Source of the DNA: Azolla caroliniana
Taxonomy: Eukaryota > Plantae > Polypodiophyta
NCBI GenBank assembly: GCA_043228905.1
Contig: JBHGNT010000006.1
Coordinates: 9,548,001-9,612,000, forward strand
Length of the DNA stretch: 64,000 bases
Direction: 5' to 3'
This document shows, one piece after another, positions 36,430 to 47,324 of the stretch (position 1 is the first letter of the stretch; each line of letters starts with the position of its first letter). The notes below the pieces were generated by a model. The model was not told the origin of the DNA and did no database searches. It saw only the letters and a list, made by a program, of their open reading frames with translations. Made by a program: the position numbers and the translations under genes.

Positions 36430-37530
36430 TCATCTCTCTTGGAGAAGATATCTCCATCCTTGGTCTTTGGCAATCGGTTCCTCTGTTTGTTCCGAATCTA
36501 AATCCGATTCGGGATCTTGTCCGGTTCCGGTTTCAGCATCCTCTTCTTCTTCTTCGGTCGGTTCGGTTTCTACTACAAATCCGGTTGGTTCGTCGAGTGT
36601 CATCCGGTTACCGACTAACATCCGGTTTTCAACCGGGTAGGTCCTTGTGTCCTCAAACCGGTTTTCATTGGATGATCCAGGGTTCATCATCTTCTTCTCC
36701 GACTCCCAATTGGCAATGGTCCTGTCTTCCCTAAAGACTATGTCCCGACTCCGGAACACCTTCTTGTCGACCAAATCCCACAATCCAAGGAAAATGCATG
36801 GCCTGGACTTCGGATCCAACTTTGCTCTCTTGTCCTTTGCAACATGCACATATATGAGACACCCGAACACCTTCAGATGCTGGTAAGATACATCTTTATT
36901 GGTCCATACTTTCTGCGGTAAGTCTCCTTCCAAGGGTGTTGAGGGTGATCTGTTTATCACATAGGTCATCGTCATCAACACCTCATCCCAAAACTTCTTG
37001 GGTAACTTTGCATGTGCCAGCATGCTCCAGACTCTCTCCATCACGGTCCGGTTCATCCGTTCGGCCAGCCCGTTTAGTTCCAGCATCTTCGGCATGGTAA
37101 ATTCGAGTCGGATTCCCTTCGACCGGCAGTATTCCTCAAACTGCCCCTGGTATTCTCCTCCATTGTCCGCTCGAACCACCTTCAGCTTCCAGTCGGTTTC
37201 TCTTTCCACTCTCGTGTGGAGCTCCTTGAAGACAGATAACACTTGATCCTTCGTCTTCAGTGGTGAGACCCAAAGATTCCGGTTGTGGTCATCTTTGAAC
37301 ATCACGAAGTACTGCGATCCGGCATGTGACTTCATGTCCACTTGGCACACATCGGTATGCACCAGCTCTAGTGGTGCATTCCGTCTCATTGGTGGTCTTG
37401 ACCGGAAGGAGGTTCGGTTTTGCTTGACGTCCAAGCAATCGGTGCACTTCTCAAGATGCACGTCTTTCACCTCCAGAATGAGGTTGTCTTCAGCAAGTCT
37501 TCTAATCCCCCTTTGGCTCATATGACACAA
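36430..37530 (-). CDS. Copia integrase segment
   Basis: CTDC zinc-finger end, LELVHTD, VRADNGGEY, NGLAERMNRT. Confidence 0.85.
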   Translation of the reverse strand: MCHMSQRGIRRLAEDNLILEVKDVHLEKCTDCLDVKQNRTSFRSRPPMRRNAPLELVHTDVCQVDMKSHAGSQYFVMFKDDHNRNLWVSPLKTKDQVLSVFKELHTRVERETDWKLKVVRADNGGEYQGQFEEYCRSKGIRLEFTMPKMLELNGLAERMNRTVMERVWSMLAHAKLPKKFWDEVLMTMTYVINRSPSTPLEGDLPQKVWTNKDVSYQHLKVFGCLIYVHVAKDKRAKLDPKSRPCIFLGLWDLVDKKVFRSRDIVFREDRTIANWESEKKMMNPGSSNENRFEDTRTYPVENRMLVGNRMTLDEPTGFVVETEPTEEEEEDAETGTGQDPESDLDSEQTEEPIAKDQGWRYLLQER

Positions 37531-40382
37531 TCTCTTGTGCCACAGCTCACCAGCAATTCGGCATGTACCTTCATTGCCTCAGTCTCTTGTTCCTTTCTCT
37601 TTCTGGAAGTGTTGATAGTTTTTCTGGAAGTGCCCCGACTTCCCACAGTAGAAGCAAGTAGGCCTCCCCCTTGACTTCGACCTCGTCCCCGATTTGTCCC
37701 GGTTTTGGGGACTCCGATACCAACCTCTTCCCCGGTTGTGGTCATCTTCCGTAACCAAGGCCTTCAAATCGGTTTCGGACTCCCGATCCTTTCAGTGAGC
37801 TTCTTCATCTAGCAAGCTTGATTTTACCCCTTTCTAGTGACAATTGTTTTCCGTCTAGCCTAGTGTTGCCCAACGTGACAACTAACGTCTCCCAACTATC
37901 TAGGAGGAAACCGAGCAGGAGTAATGCGAGTACCCCATTGGCGAGAGGTACTTCCAACGAGGTTGCTTAGTGTATTAGCCCCTTGAAGGCATTCATGTGC
38001 TCCGCCATACTAGAGTCGTCTTGGTACCAGAGCCTCACTAACTTCCGGAATACCAAAACCCAATTAACAAAATTTTTGTTCTGGAACATGATCCCGATCT
38101 TCTCCCAGAGTTCATGAGCCTTACTTTCTTCATTGAAGTTGTTGTAAAGGTTCATGTCGATGAAGCACCAGATGTACGTCGTTGTCTTCATGTGCATCAC
38201 CTCCCACACTGTGGCATCGATCTTATCCGATCTCTTGTCCCCGAACTGAACCGGCAACCAAAGATCTTTTACCACGAGCATATCCCTCATCTTCAACTTC
38301 CACACTGAGTTGTTGGAGCCGGTGAGCTTCAACATACCGCCGAACAATTCTTCCATTTCCTATGTTGTTTGTTCTGATACCAAATTGAAGAGAATAGCAC
38401 GGAATATTGTTCGACCTAAAACCGAGTCTTGAATCACTTCAATGAGAATCAAACGCAAAAATCGGAAGTAGGGAGTGAACGCACGTACACACACGAACAA
38501 TAGAGAGTACACAAGATGTTTACGTGGAAAACCCTAATAGGGAAAAAACCACGGGAGCCCACAAACTCCAAACTATCACTATATGAGAAAGGTACAATCA
38601 GAGACTTGGAGGCAACAACCTCGAGCTTTGTATCTTCGCCAACCGGCGGTTACAACAGAAATCGTTTTGTATCTCACTCTCACTCTCTCTCTGTCACTCT
38701 CTATACAACAGCTATACACCTACAACAATATGACAACAACATTCAATGATTGCCCTAAGTCATATTTATACTCATATGAACTTAGGGCTATTTACAAATA
38801 TAGCCTCAATAGGCTTACTCAAAACATATTTACAAATATGTCTTCTCTTCCGGTTCTCACCGGGTCCTCTTCAATCATGACCGGATCCCATCTGGAGGGA
38901 CTGACTTCCCAACAACATGTTGATCGTCGGATGAGACCAAGTCAAGATGCGAATGTTGAAGAAAGCCCTAAACCGGACCTTCTCAATGAAAGACTTGGGT
39001 CCGGCAAGACAGATTTTGGGGATGCACATCATCCGAGACCGGTCTAAGAAGTTGTTGTGGTTGTCACAAGAGAAGTACGTGACAAAGGTGCTTCAAAGGT
39101 TCAACATGTCGGAGAAGAAACCGGTCGGATCGACACTTCTGGCAAATTGCAAGTTGTCCGGAAAGCAGAGCCCGAAGACAAAGGCAGAGAAGTCAGATAT
39201 GACGAAGATACCATATGCCTCTGTCGTCGGAAGTCTAATGGCCGGATATTGCATATGTTGTCGGAGTAGTCAGTCGGCACGGTCAAGTGGATACTCCGGT
39301 ATCTGAAAGCCACCTCGAGCATGTGCCTCCGTTTTGGCTCCAATAAACCCCAACTGGACGTATTCACGGATTTAGATATGTCAGCTGATGCGGATACCAA
39401 CCGGTCTACATCCGAATATGTCATGACTTATGCAGGGGAAGCGGCTGCAAAAGTCCATTGCACTGTCGACAACGGAAACGGAGTACATGGCAGTTGTGGA
39501 AGACGACAAGGAGATAATCTGGATGAAGAACTTCATCGGAGAGCAAGGGATCTGGTAGGAGGAATTCCAGCTCTACTGTGACAGTCAAAGTGCCATCCAC
39601 CTTGTGAACAATGCAGCCTACCATTCCCGGACGAAGCACATCCAACAGAGATATCACTGGCTTCGCGATATCTGGCTTCGGGAGAAGGTAGAAGATCAAG
39701 ACTTCGTGCTGACGAAGATCCACATGAAGGAGAACGGATCGGATATGCTGACCAAGGTGCTTTCAACCGACAAGCTAGACACGTATCGAAGACGGATCGG
39801 ATTAACGAGAAATACCATGCCGGAGTGCAGGGGGAGTTTGTTGGGAATTCGGTCCCTTCATATGGGATCCGGATGAGAACCGGACGAGCCGGATGACGGA
39901 ACCGGATCTGGGAGGGTTCCGGATGATACCTAGAAACCGGATCGAGTGAATTCGGATGGATCCGGTGCAAACCGAATCCAAGAACATATGTGTAAATATG
40001 TTTCATAGTGAGCCCATCGAGGCTATATTTGTAAATAGCCCTAAAGTCATAAAAGTATAAATATGACTTAAGGCAATCACTTTAGTAATGATGAGAGTTG
40101 TTGATAGAGTGTGCACACAGTGAGTGAGAGAGACACACACACACAGAACGAGTTTCTGTTGTAACCGCCGGTTGGTGAAGACATAGAGCTCGAGGTCGTT
40201 GCCTCTGAGTCTCACATTGTATTCCTCCCCTCATAATGATAGTTGGAGTTCGTGGACTCCCGTGGTTTTTTCCCATTTAGGGTTTCCATGTAAACATCCT
40301 GTGTCGTCTCGGTTTTAGTTTGATCTTTTCTATTCCTTATTGAAGACTCGGTTGTGGCCTACCATTATTTCCGCACACCACT

Positions 40383-42501
40383 CTACTGAAGCCCAACGTC
40401 AACTTGTCAAGGAGTATCCTCTTACCCCGTTCTTCAAATATGCAGAATGTAAAGTGTATCTTGGGCTTACACATGAAGACGCCAAGTTGCTAGCTTGGGA
40501 CCACAATAATGATAATGACTATAGGCAAAAGATGTCATGTATAGAGTGCATGAGGTTCTTTCATCACGAGTACCTTGATACTTTGCAAAAATTTGGTCCT
40601 AGGCTGCATCCTAGATTGTGTCGACAATGTCTGCTTGAAGTGGGGATAGCAGTTGACGAAAGCACAAAGTCTAAAGGCCTAAGGAAGTATGACTCATTGT
40701 TTCAACTTGCTTTCATAACAGGGGAGGTGTGGGACCTCTAGGATCGAATTTTCAATATGTGGGAGCAAAAAGAGATAAAGGGCCAATGATCAAAGAAGGC
40801 TAAGTTGGACCCTCAAGGGGAGATAAAGTCTAAGTCACGTAAAAGTGACTTAGTGATAGAAGAATTAGCCGAGAACATGAAGTTGCTTCCTTGGCAGTCA
40901 TTGCAAGGGATAAAAGGTGATAGATTATTAATATCTATTTTATTAAGAGTGGCCGCCAAGGAGTTCAACTTAGATGAAATGGTCATAGAGTTTCAAAAGT
41001 GAGTATTCTATGTGATGATTGTTTTTCATTGGATTACTTTGTTAATTTTCTTTTTATTCTAAACTTAATGTGTAATGTTTTTTAGCCATAAGGTTTATAT
41101 GAAGATACAAGAGATGATGATGAAAAAGTTGACCTTGCCTACGTGGGAAGAAGTGGAGCAATCATGCCCAAAAACATCATCGTACCAACTCTTGAAGAAT
41201 TTTTCTTGGTATTTAGAGAATGGGTAAGTGTGTTTAGATCTTCTATAGTTGATATTAAGATAATGTGCATTTTCTTATAAATCTTATAATTGCAGAAACC
41301 ACCTCGCTCAAAAAAGTGGGTGACAATAATGAAGGCATTCTGAGTGCATTCATCACCCATTTGGAACGAGCCAAAAATGAAAAGCGAATGATGAAAGGAA
41401 AAGAGCTAGAGGTGCCCGAAGACTTGGACACGGTAAAAAGTTTTTTGCACAAGGGTGATCCTTTCTAACAATTGTATTACAGTGTATATAATGGTGATGT
41501 GGGTAATATGTCATAGTGTATATAATGGTGATGTGGGTAATATGCTTGACATATTACCCCAAGAGGCATTATACATTGCCTGTCGCGAGCATACCATATG
41601 GATTTTGAATACCAGGGTCCACATACGATGATGTACCATATAAATATCCGCAAATAGAAAAGATGGTGAAAGACTTTGCATAGTTTACCATGGCTCCATT
41701 ATGGCGAATAGTAATATTTCATAGTATGGGTCAGGCTTTTGAATATATTTAATAATGGCTTCTATTGTACTTACTACATAGATATTGACTTGTTTCCATT
41801 CCATTACAAATAGGATTAAAACGAACATAACTCGTGCCTCGGGCGAGCGAATGGTGAGCCCTGTGGGGCATATGTGTGGGGTACTACGATGCTATTTCAA
41901 AGAAGAAGGCTCTGGCACATGTGAATGAGCGGAACGTCGTCAATTATATCATGTGCCCAGCAGTAACGAAGAAATTGCACCATGTTTCTGGCGACAAGTG
42001 TCTAGTAAACACATATCAAAAGCCCCAACGATTAATTAATCGATTGGTCGAGTTGTTCTCCAACCCCAATGATTGGGTGCTCAACTTATTCTCTAGAACA
42101 AGTATTCTCATAAGTGTGATCAATCTATCTTAAAATAAATTAGAATTTCTCGTCTTTGTTTTCTTACTTCTGCATGTATGATTGTTTATTCAAGAACAAC
42201 GAGTGTGTGCGCTCTCAAATTGTTTAGGAACTACGTCGCCTTGGAGAAGGACCCCTCCCAAGTAAATTTTATTAAAATGAGGATCCAAAGTATCTAGGAT
42301 TGTCCCGACCAAGACCAAGTGGTTGGGGCAAAACATATAAATGAAACTGAGATGTTTCAGTTGACCTCTAGAGAACCGATGGAACCTATAGACGAAGAAG
42401 GAGGGGACTTGGTCGACCTCGAAGATGTACTAAAGTCTGAACAAAGACAAGATTCAACTGAGCAAAAGGAACAAGTTGGATATGACACAACTATCAGGTG
42501 A
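40383..42501 (+). pseudogene. ParB/Srx-methyltransferase fusion gene, 3' part: rest of ParB-like domain and beta-class N4C/N6A DNA methyltransferase
   Basis: STEAQRQL..KVYLGLTHEDAKLLAWDHN; YNGDVGNMLDILP..VASIPYG (41588-41599); (W)IKTN; NTYQKPQRLINRLVELFSNPNDWVLNLFSRT-[intron]-xTTSVCALKLFRNYVALEKD; introns 40999-41085, 41224-41295, 42102-42193; stops and frameshifts. Confidence 0.82.
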
Positions 42502-43363
42502 TCTTGGAGAGCAGCTTGTTCTAGGCCTTCTAATGGAGTGAATTGTATAATACTTTGTATTTGTAACTGTAAAATTGTTTTGAAATATAAGAACTTTCTT
42601 TAATTTCTTTAATCTATCTTATTGGTGTCTCGAACTTTATGTGTCTATCATATGTTTACAAATGTTGACTTGTAAAGTATGTGGTTAAGTATAACTTCCA
42701 TTGAATAGATGATTTTAACTTATCGATTGTATGACAAATGTTGGTTATAATTGTTTCTTGATTAATATAATTGGATTTAGTCTTTATTCTATGATTTATG
42801 TTGTCTTCAATCTTGGTAATTTAGTTTCGAGTAAACACAATAATATTAAGTCAACGTCGTTGCTCACATGATAATACATTCACGTTGTTCATGTATGATT
42901 GACATATAATGTTCGTAGTGGTTTTTGGGCATGTGTGGTATATCGTGAGATATTCGTTTGTGAATATTTTTCTAATTAATCCAAAAATCCTACTTACAAA
43001 ATCGACATAGCAATCTTTATAAGATTTAGAGACAAATATAGTAATAAAATTGTATTTCTAAATTTGTTGGATTCGAATTACATATTATGTACAATGAAGC
43101 ATATTATAATTATAGTTGGATGCATTCATGCCATCTTATCTAAGGTTAGGATAAATTTGTGTATGAATTGAGAAAATATTGGTTAAATTTTTAATCTTAA
43201 AAATATTAACTGCCTTTTTGAGTGATGTTTTTAAAAATAGTATGCACATGCGTAATCATAGATTCTTGAATGTTTGTTCAAAAATGGTAATTCTTGACAT
43301 CTCACGTATTTATCAATAAAGGAATGTGACATATTACATGTTTCAAATGTCCTGGTGTTTATA

Positions 43364-44370
43364 CTACCTTGAGAGAAAGAATAAACCGTATCTATTACCA
43401 ATCTTGTTCATGTCTTAATCGAGGATAGTGAAACTGACACCTGCATCGGAGGGACCGTCGTAGAATGGTACATGCAACAACAAGAAGTATGTGAGTGGTA
43501 GATTTGCGCCCCGTGAAAATTGTAGGGATCAATGGTCAAGATTTTAAGAGGTTGAGAGGATACTCGAAAGGTATGTGGTTGATACCAACACAATGCATAT
43601 TGTGGATGAGGCCCGATATTGGTTTAGAATATTGAGCATGATGACTTCCAATCTATGGTATAATGTCTCGCTCCAATGCTCATATTGTGATTGTCAAGCC
43701 CTTGCAAGTAAATTTAAGCATTTACTATGAATTCGGATGATTATTAAGCGGCACATGCCATCCCTATGTGGGTCGTTGAAGTGGATACTGAGGTAGAATT
43801 GGGCTTGGAGGTAAACCCTACACCATCTGACATGGAAGCATGGAAGTCTCAAATATAAACAACCAAGGAAGTTATTCAATGGCTCAAGAAAGGGTTAGGA
43901 TCTCTCGAACAGGCTGATGTTGAGGATTGTTTACAACAAATGACATATATGCAGCAAAAGATGTATGGTTTAGATGCACTGAAATCAACCAATGAAGAAA
44001 GCATAGGATCCATAAGTCGGAAGCAACAAATTGGTGTGAAAAGAAGAGTGACAGTCAACATATCGCAAGCTCTTATTGGCAACTCCCCAAACACTTCCAA
44101 TTCCGCCATCGGAAAACTACAAAGAGGTGCAAGTCGAGGTAGGAGGCGGTTGCCAATATTTGAGATTGAGAAGGTTCGATGTTTGCATTGGAGTCGCTTG
44201 ACATTGACTTCAAGGGACTCGAACATTGATTGTTGCAAAAATTGTGGCTACATTTTGCCATCATCCCCACATGAGCCACAATCTCTACTTACTTACGGAT
44301 TCAATTTCATCTTTAGGCTTAGGGACTTGAATTATGGACATTTTGTGATGTTAGAAACATTTTGTGGCTA
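43364..44370 (+). pseudogene. MULE transposase, part 3 with degenerate SWIM zinc finger
   Basis: TTLRERINR(S)ITNLVHVLIED; WYNVSLQCSYCDCQALASKFKHLL. Confidence 0.72.
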
Positions 44371-46217
44371 GAAATTTGTGTAATTTGAAGATTATTGTTT
44401 TAAGGTACGAAGTTTTTGGTTTTTTAGTAGAATTTTGGTGTAAGATTTTGATGTCAAATTATATTTTTTTTACACTTACAAATTTTTGTAGTTTTTGACG
44501 TCTGAATTTGAGTCAGGCACCTGCCTTGAGTCGGTCGGGGTGGTTGATTTGAGTCGGGCGCTTGCCTTTGAGTCGGTTAGGCACCCTGTAGTCAAAAAAG
44601 TCGGGCGATATCAGAGTCGAGCGCCTGGTGACAGCTTTTTGAGTGGCGCACTTGTTTTGGATAAGGATCAGACGATGCATATTGCACGTGGCATCAACTA
44701 AGTGTTGCACACCGTCCGTGCGTGCCCACAATTCCCTCGCCATGGCCTCTTTATGATTTGGTAGGAGATAGACACGAGCATACAAACATAGATGTATCAT
44801 GTATATACCGTGGTGTCTAACTACCACCAAATATTTATGAGGGCAAGTGAGGGAATCGCGGAGAGGGACGATGCAGGTCGCTAGATGAGGGCGCGTGCAA
44901 TCTGCACCGTCCAATGTGGAGGAAGAAAAAGCGTGAAAAAGCGTGCCATCAAAAGTCCAATTTTTAGGGAGCCCGTCTCATTAAAGAAGGAGCCCGACTC
45001 TGTGAAAGGGAGCCCGACTCATTAGTTTAGGATTGAGTATAAAAACCCATACCTGTCATTTTTGCCTGTTTACAAATAAGTAGCCAAAGGTTTAGGGTTT
45101 AGGGTTCTTCAGCGAGGTACACCACTTGTTGTCCTGCTATCCGCGAGCACCTGTTGTCCTGCTGTCCAGAGGTATGTATCATATTTATTGTCTATTTATG
45201 AATTGATTAAGATTTGTGTGTTCAATTTGTGAAAGCTCAGAAATCTCATCCTATTTACTGAAGATGACATGCCCGTGTATTTTTCTCTTGGAATTGTTGG
45301 AGAAAACAATTTATATGATATCTATCCTAAACGAGTCTTTCTAGCCATTAAGCTGATTCACACCGTTTCTATGTACTCGGTTTTTTTATGAATGAGGAAC
45401 TACTTAGAAGGCTATGCATGCTAATGTGACAGCAACTATGTTACTTAAAATCCTCCATGAGATAACAATAATGTTCTTATAGTGTATCCTACTCCATTTT
45501 GTATTCAATCAACCCAGACAAAAATAGTCTTCTCCAATTTTGGCCATGTTGCAATACTCTGAAGCGTGATGAAATTGTTCTCTCACATAATTTGAAGCGT
45601 TTAGATTGTCTGTAAAATATGATGATGAGCTTCTCTATGAGCATGGCATAGTCATGTAATTGTTCTCTTGCATAGTTTGAAGTATGATAGGTTAAGTGTT
45701 TAAGTTGTCCACTAAAGCAACCACAATGAGCTTCTCTATGGGCATAGCATAATCACAGTCCTAAAGCCCCTTTATAAATTCTTCTTGTCTCTACATTTGG
45801 TTGCATTCTTAATTTTTGAAAAGCTTAACGATTGGAAGCAATGAAAGTGATGTGACTATTATCCTTACAATGAAGGGGTCAATTTTTTGCATCAATTTGA
45901 TTTATAAAAACCATTCAAGTTAGTTTGGGATGTCTTATAAAGTAAGATTGATACAATCAGTAGTAATTCTAAGTTATTTTTAGATGTCCAAATATGATCG
46001 TAGATCCATTGGTGGTTTTTGAAGATGGCATGTGTTCTGTACAGATGGCTAGTTGGTCCAAGACCTTCATACACTTTGATGCGGATTGGGGTGAAACAAT
46101 ACCCTATCAAGGGAGGTATGGCCTGAATCATTTCTCAACTATATATCGTGTATAAATAGTGATGTTTGTGTGCTGACTTGAATGATGGTTTAGGGTTTTT
46201 GTAAGAAAGGGTGCTAG

Positions 46218-47262
46218 GTGCCCCAAACCAACGATATGGATGCTGAAAACATCATTACTGAAGACTCAAACATGGATACGAACCCCATACATGATGTGGG
46301 GCCAGGTGTTGAAGATATCAGTGTAAATGGTGAGTTGATGTACATTCTTATAATCATTATTGAAGTAAGTATATGTTGGGTTTTTCTAATGCAAATGTCA
46401 CACCATTGTTGTAGTGGACCCTATGTCCCTCTTCAAGGCAGGAAGAGACTCGACATGTATCAAATGTCGCACATGTATCGTTGGAGATTCATGTAGAAAA
46501 GAGGTACGATGGTTTCGCAAAAAAAGCTGACATGGAGGCTCACTTACAGAAGGCACATGGCATCCGTGTAATATTGCATCAAGGGCTAAAGATAGAAGAA
46601 GAAGAGCAATTGACCTCCATGAGGAGTACAACCACGTCATTCTTTAGCCACTACGAACGATCAATAAAGCGTTTTTTGGATCCGGAGCTAAAGTACAACA
46701 GATCACACCAATCACACATGAGGAAGTTGAGGACAAGAGTGATTAAGATCTTCAAAGCCACTCCGGACACACTTCGAACATCCAAGGAGGCCGATTTCAT
46801 TGCCCAATTCGTCAGCCAAGAGATGGCCAGGTATGACGAGGGAAAGGAGCATAGGGTGGCAAAATTGAAGTTGAAGATTGTGGTTGTGTCTAAAGCTTAT
46901 GTAAGTATGGTTTATGATTATGTGTGCATCTTATGTGAGTCTAAATCTAGTGTGTGAATGATTATATGTGAATCTTATGTAAGAATCATGGAATTCCCAT
47001 GCCAGAAGATAAGGCACATGTCGAGATCGATGGTGGTCAAGACCAACTGTTAGAATCGACAACCCGACAACCAAGGAGTCCTAAAATCCAAATCCGCAAG
47101 AAAAAATTGGACCCTGGTAAATTGTCGTTCCTTACATCATCTAACACAGATGAGGGTGCGGACATTGGGATTGCCTTTGTTGGTCCTGGGACAATCACGA
47201 AAACATGGGATAACACAACAAGAAATAAGTTCACTAGGTATGCCATTATGGTGGGGGCATGA
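46218..47262 (+). pseudogene. Upstream exons of the MULE accessory gene, with a possible C2H2 finger
   Basis: Same-strand exon-like ORFs separated by AT-rich intron-like stretches; KCRTC...FAKKADMEAHLQKAH across a frameshift. Confidence 0.45.
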
Positions 47263-47324
47263 GATCAATAGTTAACTTCATGTTTTTTTGTAGTTACTAA
47301 TCTTGCCTAATAAACAGGTTTCAG

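Larger units (their letters stand above)
33518..38914 (-). mobile_element. Ty1/copia element C (close relative of B), protease region deleted
   Basis: LTRs 33518-34044 and 38386-38914; PBS 38371-38382; PPT 34045-34056; TSD ACGTG/ACATG; removal restores YMDD(V/M)LIVG. Confidence 0.95.
21916..40377 (+). mobile_element. Ty1/copia element B (Tto1/Tork-like), degenerate, hosting nested inserts
   Basis: LTRs 21916-22440 (TG mutated to GG) and 39839-40377; PBS TGGTATCAGAGC 22444-22455; purine tract 39829-39836; perfect TSD CCACT; gag CFYCGKSGH, WVVDS protease, integrase, RT, RNase H. Confidence 0.95.
17967..43359. mobile_element. TIR DNA transposon (Sola-like) carrying a ParB-methyltransferase gene; ~6.1 kb without nested inserts
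   Basis: TIRs AACACTAGGTCATTTGAAACA (17967-17987) and TGTTTCAAATGTCCTGGTGTT (43339-43359), 19/21 match; TATA on both flanks; removal restores MULE frame FIKY|TTLRERINR. Confidence 0.85.
12411..44749 (+). mobile_element. Mutator-like element MULE-1 (5'-truncated; right TIR 44669-44749), host of nested insertions
   Basis: Transposase pieces at 12411-13265, 17864-17966 and 43364-44370 join in frame after removing inserts; right TIR is an imperfect reverse complement of the MULE-2 left TIR. Confidence 0.78.

Noticed and set aside
41480-42300. Bacterial contamination or a restriction-modification locus as source of the methyltransferase
   Set aside because: The gene has GT-AG introns, is interrupted by plant copia elements with TSDs and sits between TIRs; no nuclease partner is seen.
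45089-45106. Telomeric TTTAGGG repeats (also AAACCCTA near 35935-35960)
   Set aside because: Only two or three units; ordinary telo-box-like motifs in TE promoters/LTRs, not an interstitial telomere.
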